A DNA stretch of 64,000 nucleotides from the human T2T-CHM13v2.0 reference genome, Homo sapiens: assembly GCF_009914755.1 (NCBI RefSeq), contig NC_060936.1. One strand, written 5' to 3'. Positions within the stretch are counted from its first letter, which is position 1. The number at the start of each line of letters is the position of its first letter. A program made the position numbers and the translations under genes. Below, in pieces: positions 27,473-42,599 of the stretch. The notes beneath the pieces are model-generated. The model was given only the letters and a program-made list of their open reading frames with translations, was not told the origin of the DNA and searched no databases.

Positions 27473-28399
27473 TTGGTATCCATAAACAATAATGACTCAC
27501 TGGGATATTTTAAACAATTAATCAACAGACTTTTTTGATTAATGGTATTATTTCACTTCTTAAAGTAATTAGATTTGCATTTATCCTGTTTAACTTTGGA
27601 AACTTTACTCTCAGGATATATAAACTGCTCATTTTTCAGTCAGTATTCTTAGGGAGAAATAAGAAAAGAGGAATAAAATATTTACTTAAATGCAATTTTC
27701 TAAAATCATTAATCATAATTATATGCATCTTTGAGTTTTACAATGTTGTTTAAGACTGTGAAAATAATTCAAAATAAAGATAAATCACTTCAATAGAAGT
27801 GGTGCAATCAAAATTCTTTATTAAAAAAATCACTGAAAATATTTCCAAAATTCAGTTTCTTATTATCTTTTTGTCACAAATTAGGAAATACTGTGATCAA
27901 GTCAGACTTGTTTTCTTTTTTAAGATTTCAACAGTCTGATTCCTGAGGGTGGGAAAACTTGTAAGAAGTGTTTGAAATTTAAGTAAAACATAATTCTCCA
28001 TTTTTGTTATCTGAACATGATTAGGCAAAGAGAGGAAATGACCTAGTGATGAAGTATATTCAATAATTATGTCAGTTGGATAAACATTTTGTATATTACT
28101 GAACTATTTCAATTAAGGATCAAAGGGTTCTAAGACCAGATATTTTATTTATTGATTGATGTTAATTGAATAGAGATTATATTTACTTATTTATGTTAAT
28201 TGAAAATTTGAAGTTAATGAATACTGTTTCATAGTACGACAGTATAAAAGGGAATGTGGTTAGAACACTGATTAACCAACATCTTGTAATGCTCAAGAAT
28301 AAGTTGATTGGGATGCCTCATCCCTCTTACATATAAAGCAAGACCAAGCCAACAGTTTTCCTTAGTTAAATATCTTTTTCATTTCTACAATAATTAATT

Positions 28400-28858
28400 T
28401 TATCATTTTTCTAGGGCTTGCTGCCATGTCAAAGAGCTATCAACCAGGTGCATTAAAACAACAGAAATGTATTCTTTCACAGTTCTGGTGGCTAGAAGTC
28501 TCAAATCACAGTGTTGTCAGGGCCATGCTCCCTCTGAAGACTCTAAAAAAGAAGACTTCCTTGTCTCTTTTAGCTTATTGTGGCTGCTGGTAATCTTTGG
28601 AATTCCTTGGTTTGTGGCAGCATCATTTCAATCTTTGCCTCTGTCTTTATGTGGTCTTCTTTCCTGTGTCTCTATGTCTAAATTTCTCTCTTATAAAAGC
28701 AACAGTCATCAAATTAGGACCCAACCTAGTCCAATATGAGCTCATTTTACCTTGCTTACATTTATGAAGACTCTATTTCCAGGTAATGTCAAATTTACAG
28801 GTACAGTAGTCAGGATTTCAACATATCTTTTTGCAGGACGCAATTAAAACCTACAACA
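28400..28858 (-). mobile_element. MaLR solo LTR (MLT1C-like)
   Basis: aaacaacagaaatgtattc..cacagttctgg..cagggccatgctccctctgaag..caattaaaacctacaaca. Confidence 0.8.
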
Positions 28859-29395
28859 CTGCCCAACATCTTTGCATCGGCTAAAATTCTATTTCTTAGG
28901 TAGAGCTTTATTTTTTTAGCTTAAAGCTCTCAACCTGATCATTTTCCTGACAGAGATAAAATTTTCAGCCCGGAAGAGCCCTAAGAGATATATAGATACC
29001 CAAATAATTCATGATTACACTTAACAAATTCCAGGCAATGTTTTAAGTACATTACATATAATATTGTATTTAATCTTTACAAAGACTGTTTAGTACTGTT
29101 ATTGTTTCCATCTTACATAGGAAATAACTGAGTGTTTTGAACAAAAATAAATTAACTTTGTTCTCCACAAGTATTCAATGTTTTAGATAACTCTAGTTAG
29201 GTATCACTGAGAATCAGCCTTGCTATAGGTGGCATGTATTATGATGAATCCAAGTCTCCACATGAATTATTGCCTCCTAGTTAACAATAAATGGATACAA
29301 AGACAGTCATACAACCTATTCTGTATATATGATTAAATCCCACCTCTCTATACTTCTAAATGCTCTGACAGCACATATCAAGAAATTTTCATTTG

Positions 29396-29999
<604 letters not shown>

Positions 30000-31439
30000 G
30001 AGGTAATAATCTATTTTTTGTGCTCCTTTCTTATTCTCATGTCACAAAGTGAAAGCTCTGATAGAATGATCCTCAAACATCATCATATACACCATAAAAT
30101 GAATATTTTTGAGCTTTTTATAATGTCAGGTACATTTGCTCTGGAATTAGATTACCAAGTTATCCTCGATAATCATATATCAAGTTGAAATGCCTGAATG
30201 AATATATCCTATAAATCACACTCCATTACACATATCAAAGTCACTTGATTGGACCAAGTTATAAATGTTTACCCTCATATTTTTCCCAGCATAATAAATT
30301 ATCAACCTTATCAAACAAAATTGCTCTGCAGGGAATTGCCTCTTCGAATATGCCTCCTCACTCAAATGTTTAAGCTCATATCTGTATGTCTTCCCCACTA
30401 CCTTGTGGTTTTCCCTTGTTCTACCTGATATGCAACCAGGATATTATTTCATCTGATATTTCATTTAGCATTTTATGACTTCTTCCTTTACAATATGCAA
30501 CATGAAACTCTTGTTTTAGAGTTCTCTTTGCTGACAGTCTTCCTACTGCTCTCTGATATTCACTCCTCTTCTCAAGGGAAAAAAATAAAATGTCCTTGGC
30601 TCCTGCTTCTACTTGTAGAAGAGGGTAATCAGTAGAAAATCCCTTATTACGCTACTGTCATTTCCGCCAGTGACAAAATTTAGTAACTACTTTGGTACAA
30701 TCACACAAAATCATGTGGATGCTCAGTCTCTCTCTGAAACTGTGCACTAAGATAAACGCTGTGATTTATTTCATTTTCAACAGCCTATCATTTGCCTACC
30801 TGACCTGTGTCAGGCTGTGCTGAGGCCATAATTCTCAGAGGCATTCACAGGACAATCTCAGCATGTATTAAAGGACTAAGAATCTTTTTAAAAAAAATAT
30901 CCTGATACCTTAGAAAAAGAATATGAATAAAAGGTAAAGGATTAGTAGAGATAAAATAGCTCCCGTAGTTTTTTCTGGGATCAAGAGTGCAAATCTCAGC
31001 TGTTGTTAAATTTTTACTCTACCATTCACAGCCTGAACAAGTTCTATGCCTCAGTTTCCATTAAATAAAAAATAACATTCTTTAAGGTTTATATCATACT
31101 TAACCAACAATAGCAATTACCTTGAACATATGAAAGTTTGTTATTATACTCCAATATTCTGTAGGGCATTCTACACACTAATCAAAATAAGAATTACCTT
31201 CTCAATCAAGGCTCCCACCCTACAGAGTCTCCAAAAGAATTGTGGTTATTATAGCCAAAAACCACCAGAGCTAATTTCAGCCCAAGGAACAGTTAGTTAT
31301 TTGAGCCTTGAGACAGGGGCTGAGCTGAAATGTGTTCTTTTGAATTGTCACATTCTTCATCTCTAAAATTTGATAACCACATCTATCTTCTTAGAGTTCC
31401 CCAGATTTTCTTGAAATAGTATTGAGCAGAAAAAAAATA

Positions 31440-32280
31440 ATTTTTTTTTAGGTTCAGGGGTACACGTGTTGGTTTGTTATATAGGTAAATTAATTGCGTG
31501 TCACAGGGGTTTGTGTATAGATTATTTCCTCAATCAGGTAGTAAGCATACTACCTTATAGGTAGTTTTCCTATCCTCCCCCTCCTCCTGTAGTCCACCCT
31601 TAAGTAAGTCCCAGTGTCTGCTCTTCCCTTCTTTGTGTTCATGTGTACTCAATGTTTAGTTTCCACCTAAAAGTGAAAACATGTGGCGATTGGTTTTCTG
31701 TTCCTGTGTTGGTTCACTCAGGATAATGGCCTCCAACTCCATCTATGTTGCTGCAAAGGACAAGATCTCATTCCATTTGATGGCTGCATAGTATTCAATG
31801 GTGTATATATACCATATTTTCTTTATCCAGTCTACTTTTGGTGGATATTTAAGTTGATTCAATATCTTTGCTATTGTGAATAGCACTGCAATTAATATAC
31901 GCATGCATGTGTCTTTATGATAGAATGATTTACATTCTTCTGGATATATACCCAATAATGGGATTGCTTGGTTGAATGGTAATTCTATTTTGAGTTCTTT
32001 GAGAAATTGCCACACTACTTTCAGAGCTGCTGAACTAATTTACATCAGTATATAAGGATTCTCTTTTCTCTGCAACCTCACCAGCATCTGTCGTTTTTGA
32101 CTTTGTAATAATAGCCATTCTGACAGGTTTGAGATGGTATCTCATTGTGGTGTTGATTTGCATTTCTCTAATGATTAGTGATGTTGACCATTTTTTCATA
32201 TGCTTATTAGTTGAATGTATGTCTTCTTTTTAAAAGTGTCTGTTTATGTCCTTGGTCCATTTTTAATTCTTTTCTTTTTT

Positions 32281-32314
<34 letters not shown>

Positions 32315-33240
32315 TCTTAAAGTTCCTTACAGATTCTGGATGTTAGACCTTTGTTGGATGCATAGTTTGCCAATATTTTCTCCCATTTTGTAGGTTGTCT
32401 GCTAACTCTGTTGATATTTTCTTGTTCAGTGCAGAAGCTCTTTAGTTTAATTCGGTCCCATTTGTCAATTTTTGTTCTGTTGTAATTGCTTTTGGTATCT
32501 TTTTCATGAAATATTTGCTGGGGCCTGAGTCTAAAATGGTATTTCCCAGGTTGTCTTCCAGGGTTTTTATAGTTTTAGGCTTTACATTTAAGTCTTTAAT
32601 CTATCTTGAGCTGATTTTTGTATGTGGTGTAAGGAAGGGATCTAGTTTCAATCCTCTGCATAACCAGTTAGCCCAGCACCATTTATTGACTAGGGAGTCC
32701 TTTCCCGATTGCTTATTTTTATGAGCTTTTTCAAAGATATAGCTTACAGCTGCACACACCTATAAGTGTGCAGCATTATTTCTGGATTTTCTATTCTGTA
32801 CCATTGGTCTGTGTGTCTGTTTTGTACCAGTACCATGCTGTTTTGGTTACTGTAGCCTTGTAGTATAGTTTCAAGTCAGGTAACCTGATTCCTCCAGCTT
32901 CATTCATTTTGCTTAGAATTTTCTTTGCTATTTGGGCTCTTTTTAAAATTCTAAATAAATTTTAGAATTTCTTTTCTAAATCTGTGAAGAATGTCATTTG
33001 TAGTTTGATAGGAATAGCATTGAATCTGTAGACGGCTTTGGGAAGTATGGCCATTTAACAATATTGATTCTTCGTATTCCTGAGCATGAAATGTTTTTCC
33101 AGTTGTTTGTGTCATCTCTAATTTCTTTGAATAGTATTTTGTAATTCTCATCATAGAGATCTTTCACCTCCCTGGTTAGCTGTATTCCTATATATTTTAT
33201 TCTTTTTGTGGCTATTGTATATGGGATTGTGTTCTTGACT
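31440..33240 (-). mobile_element. 5'-truncated L1PA (approx. L1PA15-16)
   Basis: Antisense ORF2 peptides ([21 protein letters not shown]; WIKKIWYIYTIEYYAAIK); internal poly-T at ~32268-32311. Confidence 0.92.
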
Positions 33241-33540
33241 GTTAATATTTTATGTATCAATACATAAGATAATTAGCTAGGAAGAAGTGTTCCTATCTAA
33301 ATGACTTTTTAGCATATTCTTCACTTCTTTTCCTCTCAGGATTCTCAGCTGGTGAGGGGAGCAGATCAATAAGACCTTGAAGAAAATACCTTCAGAAAAT
33401 TTAGTTTATTCACTCCTAGAAGTTCAAAATGCATAAACATCTAACGTTTTCAGATTTTATCTTTCTTGTTATGGTTGTTTGAACCTTATCTTTTATATTC
33501 CCCTCAGAATACTAAAAACAAAATATAGTCTCCTAAGGGT

Positions 33541-34039
33541 TGTAGGGGAGAAGAAATATATTTCCTTTCTGTCTTAGGTTCATGGCTGTGGCCCTGTAAG
33601 AAAAAACAGATTCACAAAAGAAATGTACACAAATATATTTAATATAAATTTTGCATAATATGGGAGACGTCAGAAAGGACCAAAGAAACAGGATATCTTG
33701 TGGAATTTTATGGACAGTCATGTGGAAGTATGATTGGAGGACAAAAGGTATGATCTAATGGTAATAAACTGGGGGGAAATTAGCAAGGTCTCTTTGTTCA
33801 GATTTCTCTTGGCATCACTGTGTTTTTGCAGATAAGGATGTTCTTTTCATCTGGGAATAGGGTGAGCATATCTGGAATGAAAGTCTTATGACCCACTTCA
33901 GAGAAAGGTCAGAAAATTATTGTATAGCCTGCTTCAGGGGAGAAGGGCGAGGGGAAGGTAAGAATGACCCTCCTGATTCTGCCATTTCCTCAAATGCCAA
34001 TGTGCTATATTCCAGGGTATTATGTCCTGAACCCCAAAA
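33541..34039 (-). mobile_element. ERV1 solo LTR (MER34-family-like)
   Basis: Reverse complement starts ggggttcaggacat..aatatagcacattggcatttgagg..cccttctcccctgaagcagg. Confidence 0.7.
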
Positions 34040-35599
34040 GTGTCCAAGATTGCAAATCAATGACAAATTGGACTACCTTATTATATAAGAGGTGATGTAA
34101 CTGAATTTAAGTGTGCATATTTTTTCATTGATGTCTATAACCTAAGTCAGGGTAAAGTCCTGGTTCTGAAAATGGCCACTCATATTCTAGGAAGAAACAG
34201 TAAATTTAAGTTTATATACCAACTCTGTTATATTTACAAAATATTAAATATGATTAATAAAGGCCATGGTGACACTGTTCCTCCATGAATAATAACTGGT
34301 AAACATAAGTAGTTATAAAAATAATATGACTTTTACTTACAGAGTAAATTTTTTTGCACTGTAATCCTAGTTTGAAGTACTAAATAAAACTAAGGGGGAG
34401 AGAAGATTAGAAAATAAGTTTTAAAGAAGGACTCAAGAATTTTGTTAATGCTACTTGGCACTTGGCAATTTTAGCATCTTTCCATGGTCCATTCAATTTC
34501 CCACTTCTCTCGACTGTTTCTTACCTTTTTGTCCATTCTTTAAAACTGAAACATTTCCTCTTGCTTCTTTTCCTGTGTTGATGATCTTGACTCCTTTTCC
34601 ATTTAGAAAATAAAAAGAATTAAAACAGAGCTTTTTACACATCATTGCCAGCCAGCATCCACTTGTCTTCATCTATTCTTTATTTCCCTGTAACCAGCAG
34701 AAGGAGGGGACAGTGCTCTTACCTAAGCCTAGCCTCTCCTCTCTTTCATGTCCAGCACTTCTCATTCAATAGAAGATGTTATTCCAAACATTTCTCTCTC
34801 TCTTTCCTCTACCTTCAATCTTTCCCCTCTATTGGATTATTTCTGTAAAATGCAAACATAAACATTCTACAGTATATCCAGTCCTAAAAAAAAGACTATT
34901 TTAATAAAAATCCATTTCACCCTCCATTCCTCTTGTGCTCCTATCCCCTTTCTCTTATCCCTCTTACAGCAAAACTCCTCAACAGTGTTTCCCTCCTTTT
35001 TCTTTCTTGGCTCTCTTCTTTTTGTTCTTTTTTTAAACCACTGTAATTGGGTTTTCATCCCCATTATGCTGGTGTAACAGCCTTTTATACCACTCAATAT
35101 ATGTATTCATGGAATCGTTGATTCAAGAAAATGTTTTGAGCACCTACTATGTGCTCCCCACAAAGATAGTGAGTGGGAACCTCAGTACCCAAACACTTCT
35201 TTTTCCTTTTGTCCAGGAGTAAAATTTTAAACTCTTGAAGGGATCAAAGCTGAACAAATCTTGGTATATTTTTAGGAAAATTGTACAGATGGACAAATCT
35301 TGTACACTTCTACTTCCTGTTTCTCAAAGGGGATGGGACATACAAAATAGACCCAGGATGTCTTGAACAGTGACTACACTCAATTTTACGGTACTGCCCT
35401 CGGCCCAGGAAGTCATGTCTCCTCTCCTGGGACCCATACTTAAGAGAGTCGTACACATGAATCGCTTTAAATTACAGACTTCAAAGATACAAAGAATCTA
35501 AATGTGTAAATTTATTTTCATCAAATTTATCTTCATTACTGTCTCAGCCTCCAAGATAGCATATTTACATGCTAAATAGCTTCTGGACATTTAGGCTTT

Positions 35600-35705
<106 letters not shown>

Positions 35706-37699
35706 TTTCCATGTCCCCTTTTAAGCACCTTAACTATATAAACTTCAGAAGATTTCCTGATATTTTGGTTTTCCTTCTTTTAATGGTCTTCTATGACTTT
35801 TCTTGAAAATGCTTTTCTAAAACGTTTCAGCATCTAGTCCAGAGAAGTAAATTCAGTAGTTGACTTCGGGCACTGTGATGCTGCTTCAAGAAGATAGTAA
35901 TTTTCTTTGTCAATGACTGACTTTGCTAGAGAATTTGTAAGGCGGAAGATAGAGGATTCCTTTTTTTCTCTTCTGCTCCTCAGAAGAATATCTTTCTTCT
36001 ATATGTGTCAAATTTTTTTAAAGGAAAACACCTATCTAGTCATTGATAGATTTGAATTTTAAGTCTCAAAATAATCTCTAAACTACATTGATCACTTTTG
36101 TACTATATATCTGATTAATAACTGCTTTGAAGCTCTTATAATAGAGGTGTTATTAGATATGTTCAAGGTTCCTACGATAAACATTCTCTTCTAGTGTAGT
36201 CCAGTAGTCCAGTAAACATGGCAAGAGTAGCTTTTCCATTCAGATACCTCAAAGCTTTGACAGAAAAGCATCTTTTTAATTTTTTTTAAAGATTTCAAAT
36301 TAAAACCACTAAATTAGGTCAACTCATTGTCTCTGGTTATTTAGAAATAAAATGGAAGATGCTATGGAGAAACCATAATGAACTTAACAAATAAAATACA
36401 ATAAGATGTAGCATGAGCCAATCAAGAACTACTTTGCCTGGAAATGTGAACATAACAAAATAACAAACTTAAAATTGTGTAGCTCTTTCTCTGTGGAAAC
36501 CTTATGCCAACAACAACAACAAATCTTCCAGTGAGGTGTTTTATCTCTAGGTAGAACTGCTTCAAGTACAGTTAAAGGATCAGCGTTTTTCAATCCTAGT
36601 CCCTTTTCTTCTTACTTTCTCAAGTGGAAATAAGTCAAGCATTTGACATAAAGCAAACTGAAGGAATACAGTATTTAAAATAGGTTGTCTCTTCCGTAAG
36701 GAAATAACAGATCTGAATCTTCTTAGCTTACCTCTAACAGTTTATACTGGCAACAATACAATTTAAAACAGCAGATGGTTACTTGCCTATCATAGATAAG
36801 CGGGAAAAAAGCTAGTGAGATACCAACTGGGATTGCAGCTGGGAAAACTTACAAATTTCAGCAAGGGCTACAGAGACTGAATGTTTATGAGCAATAAGGA
36901 ATGGAAAAATGAACAGGAGGCAAAAACCTTAATACAAAAAGGAAAGGTTAATGTGGCAGGTGGTGTGGGCCTGTTACTCTTTCCCCTAGGAGAGAGCAAA
37001 TGCATTTGATAATTTTCCTGTTGCATAATGTGTACACCATCAGAAGAGTGCAGCATGGACACAAAGGGCTATAATGAAGCAAGTAGACTCATCGTGTTCA
37101 CCACTGAGCATACCTTCACACTGCATTCAGTAAATGGCTCTTTTCTGCATACACAATCAAGCCTGTACTCAGCCGAGCTTTCCTTTCTCCTCTGTTCATA
37201 TTAGAGTGTTTCTTTTCCTGTCTCATCATGAACTTATATCAATTATGCAAACTTATTAATATATGGATCACCTCTGTAGCATGTGGCTATTGCTCTAATT
37301 TGCTCACAGCAAGCTGAGATTCCTAATATACCATTTGGAATAAATTATACAGGCTATAGAGTTTATTATATTTTAGTGCAGTCTGGAACAATTTTCTATA
37401 TCTCATTTGATTCCTTTTGCCTATTTTGTTATTTAATCTCTATGTTTCTTCATCTGCAAATGGGGATAATAATAGTACCTACTTCATAGGTTTATTGTGA
37501 GGATTTAATGAGTATACGTAAAGCATTGAAACAGCAAAGCCCTGTGCTGGCTACTAAATGCTATTTTTAGTAGTATTAATGTGTGCAGACAACACTGCAG
37601 AGCAGTTTACTGCAGACCCTCTTCTTGCTTTAAAAGTTCCAGCTTCCCTCCTTCTACCCTACTAGTGCAGCAGATAACTTTTTAAAATTATAAATAAAA

Positions 37700-37950
37700 A
37701 ATAGCTGACATTTAGTGTTCACCATGTGCCAGGCACTATTCTAAGTATTTCATATGTATCAACACATTTAATTTTTACAAGATCCTATCATGAAAGTGTT
37801 AATATTTCTATTTTACATGTGAGGAAATGAATGCACAGAGAAGTGAAAACTGTTTTCCTGTGTCAACGTAGTTAATAACTGATGGAACCCAGCTTCAGAA
37901 CCAGGCTGTTTGGCTCCAGGGTCCACAACCATTTCCACTTCTGTACACAG
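37700..37950 (-). mobile_element. MIR
   Basis: catgtgccaggcactattctaag...ttttacatgtgaggaaatgaatgcacagag..ggctccag. Confidence 0.75.
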
Positions 37951-38857
37951 CTGTCTCTGTTTGTTCTCACATTATCCTGTCTTTATGCCTCAGTTCTTTC
38001 ATTCTAGTCCCAACTCAACTGAGTTTCTCACCTATTGTCTGATTGATTACTTCCCACTTGCCCTGTAATTCTTTCTTTCCAAGTATCTTTAATTTTTCCC
38101 ATTTCGGCCACATTCCAAACAACCAGCTTTCCTTTTTGAAATTAATAAATGTAACCCTTTAATTAGTGTGATAGTGTCCTAGAAATATTCCATTTCCTCG
38201 CCTTTTCTTTACTCCATATTTAACTTCATGAGACAAAGCCTATCCCAGCTGTTGGCAACTGTTACCAAGTTCTTTCCTCACCTATTCCCACTACCCCATT
38301 GTAACTGCTCTCTGGAAGTTACTGTGACCCAGGCAAACCTAGAGACCTTTTCTGGCTCTCCTCTCATAGAAGGGCCTTTGGAGATAAAGCCCACAAAAAC
38401 AGTTATTCCAGGAAATGAGTGAATTAGGATAACTGCTATGAGAGACAGTATAAAAGACTTCCTTTAAAAATTAGTGCTCCTTTTATTTATTATCACTTCA
38501 GGAGCTATTCTTGATTACTTAGGACTTAAATAATTCACTATGATGTAAATTTTACCGATATATTTGAAATAAGTATATAATTTTCTATATTCAAGGATTT
38601 CTTTTTTTCATTATTTTGACATTTTCTTAGCATTGTTCTTTTCCCTCAAACTTTAACAATGTTACAAATAAAAATCCTTACAAATGAAGATGATTAGCAT
38701 AATAATGTCCATGACCCTTAATTTCTTAAAGCAACTGATATTTAAAAACTAGTTTGACAGTTTGTCATTAAACTGTAAGAATTATCTATGAACTTTTCAG
38801 ATAATTGCTAATTTAAAAATATCCATGGTTTGTAACTGTGTATTGTTTAAAGGGAAT

Positions 38858-38869
38858 CACACATACACA

Positions 38870-38942
<73 letters not shown>

Positions 38943-38950
38943 CATATATG
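38858..38950. repeat. Compound microsatellite, about (CA)n(CT)19(AT)13
   Basis: Read directly. Confidence 0.97.
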
Positions 38951-39461
38951 TCCCAACTGACATAGGCCCTGAGTTAAATTCAGGATCTAGGAAAGGGTAC
39001 TTCTTGATTCAACTGGCATTCATACAATGTCATTTCCTGACTGGGTATTAGGCTCAGCTTTTAAAGGGTATCTTTGTGTCTCTCACAACACACAGCACAG
39101 TGTATGAGGTAGAATAATTATTCTACTATTCCATTCTATTATTCAATAATTACTCATGGAATGAATGCACGACTCTATGATGGGTTGGAGAGAATGAGGA
39201 GAGTATTTTTATAGTCTCTCTTGCTTCTCACCTCATGTTTTACTTAAGAACTATGTGGTATTTTAGAAGCAGAATCTTGGAAGTTTAACTAAAAACAGGG
39301 GGAGGAGAGTGATAATATTCCCTCCTTCCATCCAGTTCTATGCTGGCATCTTGGCTTTTACTAGGTAACAGTAGTTACCTGGCTGAATATTATAATAGTC
39401 ATAATAATGCAAAGGCTGAATATTGACTTAAATAAAATTGTGCTAGAACTATGTTGGATTC

Positions 39462-40341
<880 letters not shown>

Positions 40342-40659
40342 GATTTTATAAGAGTGTAATATATGGTGGGCCGGGGGGCTGGGGGTGGTGGTGCTAAGCA
40401 TGGGGTGGGTGCAAAATAGCAATGATTATTAAAACAACTTTTTTGGAGATTTAAAACAAGCTAGTAATATAGGCATATTTAGAGGACTCCAAAAAAAAGA
40501 CATTAACAAAATTACAGTTTTAAATAATATTTAACATTTATTATCATCAGTACTCAGTTGTTTGATTTGTTTTCAATATTTTTTTTCACGTAATTCTTAT
40601 AGAAACTCTGTGGTAACTGTGATTGTTGTCACCATGTTACAGATTAGCAAAGTTTACCT

Positions 40660-40930
40660 GTGACACAGTGGTTAAGATCACACATGGACACTGGAGTCAG
40701 ACTGCTGGGGCTCAAAGCCTGGTTCTGCTACTTACCAGATGACTGACGCTGAGCAATTTACTTAGCCTCTTTGTGCCTCAGTTTTCTTATCCATAAAGTG
40801 GGTGTAATAACAGTACAATATGTTCTGATGGCTGTGATTTAACTGACTTAAAATTTGTAATGTGTGTAAAACTCTTAAAGCAGTCCTGACACTGATGGAA
40901 ACTAAGTGTGTTAATAATAACAGTAATAAT
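40660..40930 (+). mobile_element. MIR
   Basis: ctggagtcagactgctgggg..tgtgcctcagttttcttatccataaa. Confidence 0.75.
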
Positions 40931-41359
40931 TATTATTTTTGTATTATTTGCCACCAGAAAAAAAGTATTATTAGCCGCAACTAAGACCAATAGCAGCTAC
41001 TAAATTTCCCAATGTCTGGCACTGTAACACGTTTTTTACAGATCAGTCTTATGCAGTTTTAGAGACAATATTAAGTGTTTTGATATGCATTTTCATCTTC
41101 ACAAAAAGTCTAGCAGGTAGATTTGATTATTCTCATTTTTAAAGCAAGGAAATTGAGGTTTAGAGAATCAGCATGGCCATTTGATGGTATGGTATATCTC
41201 TTTTTCCTTCTCTAACTCAACTAAAATTAGAGGAATAAAACAAGAATAAATCCACAGAAAGAGTCCAAACAAATGGTAGATAACCCCACAGGAGGGCTGG
41301 CAACCTAATTTTGGAAGATGGAAAGTGAGCGAAGGTATGGTTACTGTATAGATCATTCA

Positions 41360-42310
41360 TCTATGCTCTTAGCTCAAATCCATCCTTCTTTGTGATGTTG
41401 GACATGGGTCTCTGAACTCCATTTCTCAGAAATCCTTGCTGGCTGGCTTCTTGTCAGAGTCTCTCAATAGGGGGGACTAAAGGGAGATCAGACAACAAGA
41501 GTTTCTTTGTGTTCTGATAAAGATTCTTACCCTGACCAAACTTTAGTCAGACTCCTCTGAAGCTTCTTGCCAACTAGGCCACAACTTTTGGACTTCTGTG
41601 TCTGTCTTGTATCACTCAATTTTAGCAAGAATCCTGCTAAGCTGGTTTAGCGAGAATCCCTCACCTTCAATGACTGATCATCCTCAATATAATATCTGAC
41701 AAATTTCCCCACCCCCTACCATCCCACAGGCGATGTCAGATCACCCTGGCTTGTCTTCATCAAGAGCTATGTCAGGTCCAAACAGCTAGAATCTCCTTTT
41801 ACCCCTGCTGTTTCTTCTTAGTGATGTTCTATCCACTGCTCCTCACCCCATTTCTGTCTGTAAATTTCCACTTTATCTTGCTTGTTATATTCAGAATTGA
41901 GCCCAGTTCTACCTTGAGATTATTTTCCCTGTTGCAATGGTCCCAAATAAAATCTGTTTTTATCTATTTAGCTACTGATCAGCTCTTGTTTTCTTGGACA
42001 GTTCCCCTGCCCCACCTGGCCTTTTGGTTTGAAATGTTAGCTTCTTTCAGGACTCTCAGAGCTAGCTGCCTCATGTCCCTGCAGAGGTACCAGTAGCAAC
42101 TACGCTTACATTGTGAACCCCAGTTCTGTGAGGACTCTCCTCTGTTCCTCTAGGCTCTGAAAACCCCATCACTTCTCTTTTGTTCCTTAAGCCCTAGAGG
42201 GGGTGGTAATTATATCCAACTTTGTAATCAATTATTTGAGTCTAATTTTCTTTGCTTGATATAACTTGTGTGGTTCTTGTTTTTTTCCAGTTGGTCCCTG
42301 AGCGACCCAT
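41360..42310. mobile_element. Old ERVL LTR (LTR33-like) split by a younger LTR
   Basis: gctggctggcttc..ctcaataggggg before the insert; gccctagagggg..gttggtccctga after it. Confidence 0.45.
41515..42000 (+). mobile_element. ERV1 solo LTR (MER31-like)
   Basis: tgataaagattc..tgaccaaactttagtcag..aataaa..ggaca; 4-bp TSD GTTC on both sides. Confidence 0.8.
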
Positions 42311-42599
42311 TAACTGACTTAATAACTTAATAGAGAAGAGAAAACTGAAGCCTGTTTAGATGAGGAAATAAACATGAAGTGAGAAGACTGAAGCCACAAA
42401 ACATCAGAAAGTGTCAGAAACTGTAAACATGAGGAACCTGTGAAGATGAGGACAGGGGTGGGATGAATAGAGAAGGCCTGAGAGTGTGTCTTAGAAGCAG
42501 TTATATTCTACATATTCTTTTCCTTTTCCATACAGAAAGATGAACGTTTTTACATGGCTGTGGCAAGAAACAGAAGGTTCACTTTCACAATAACCGAAG

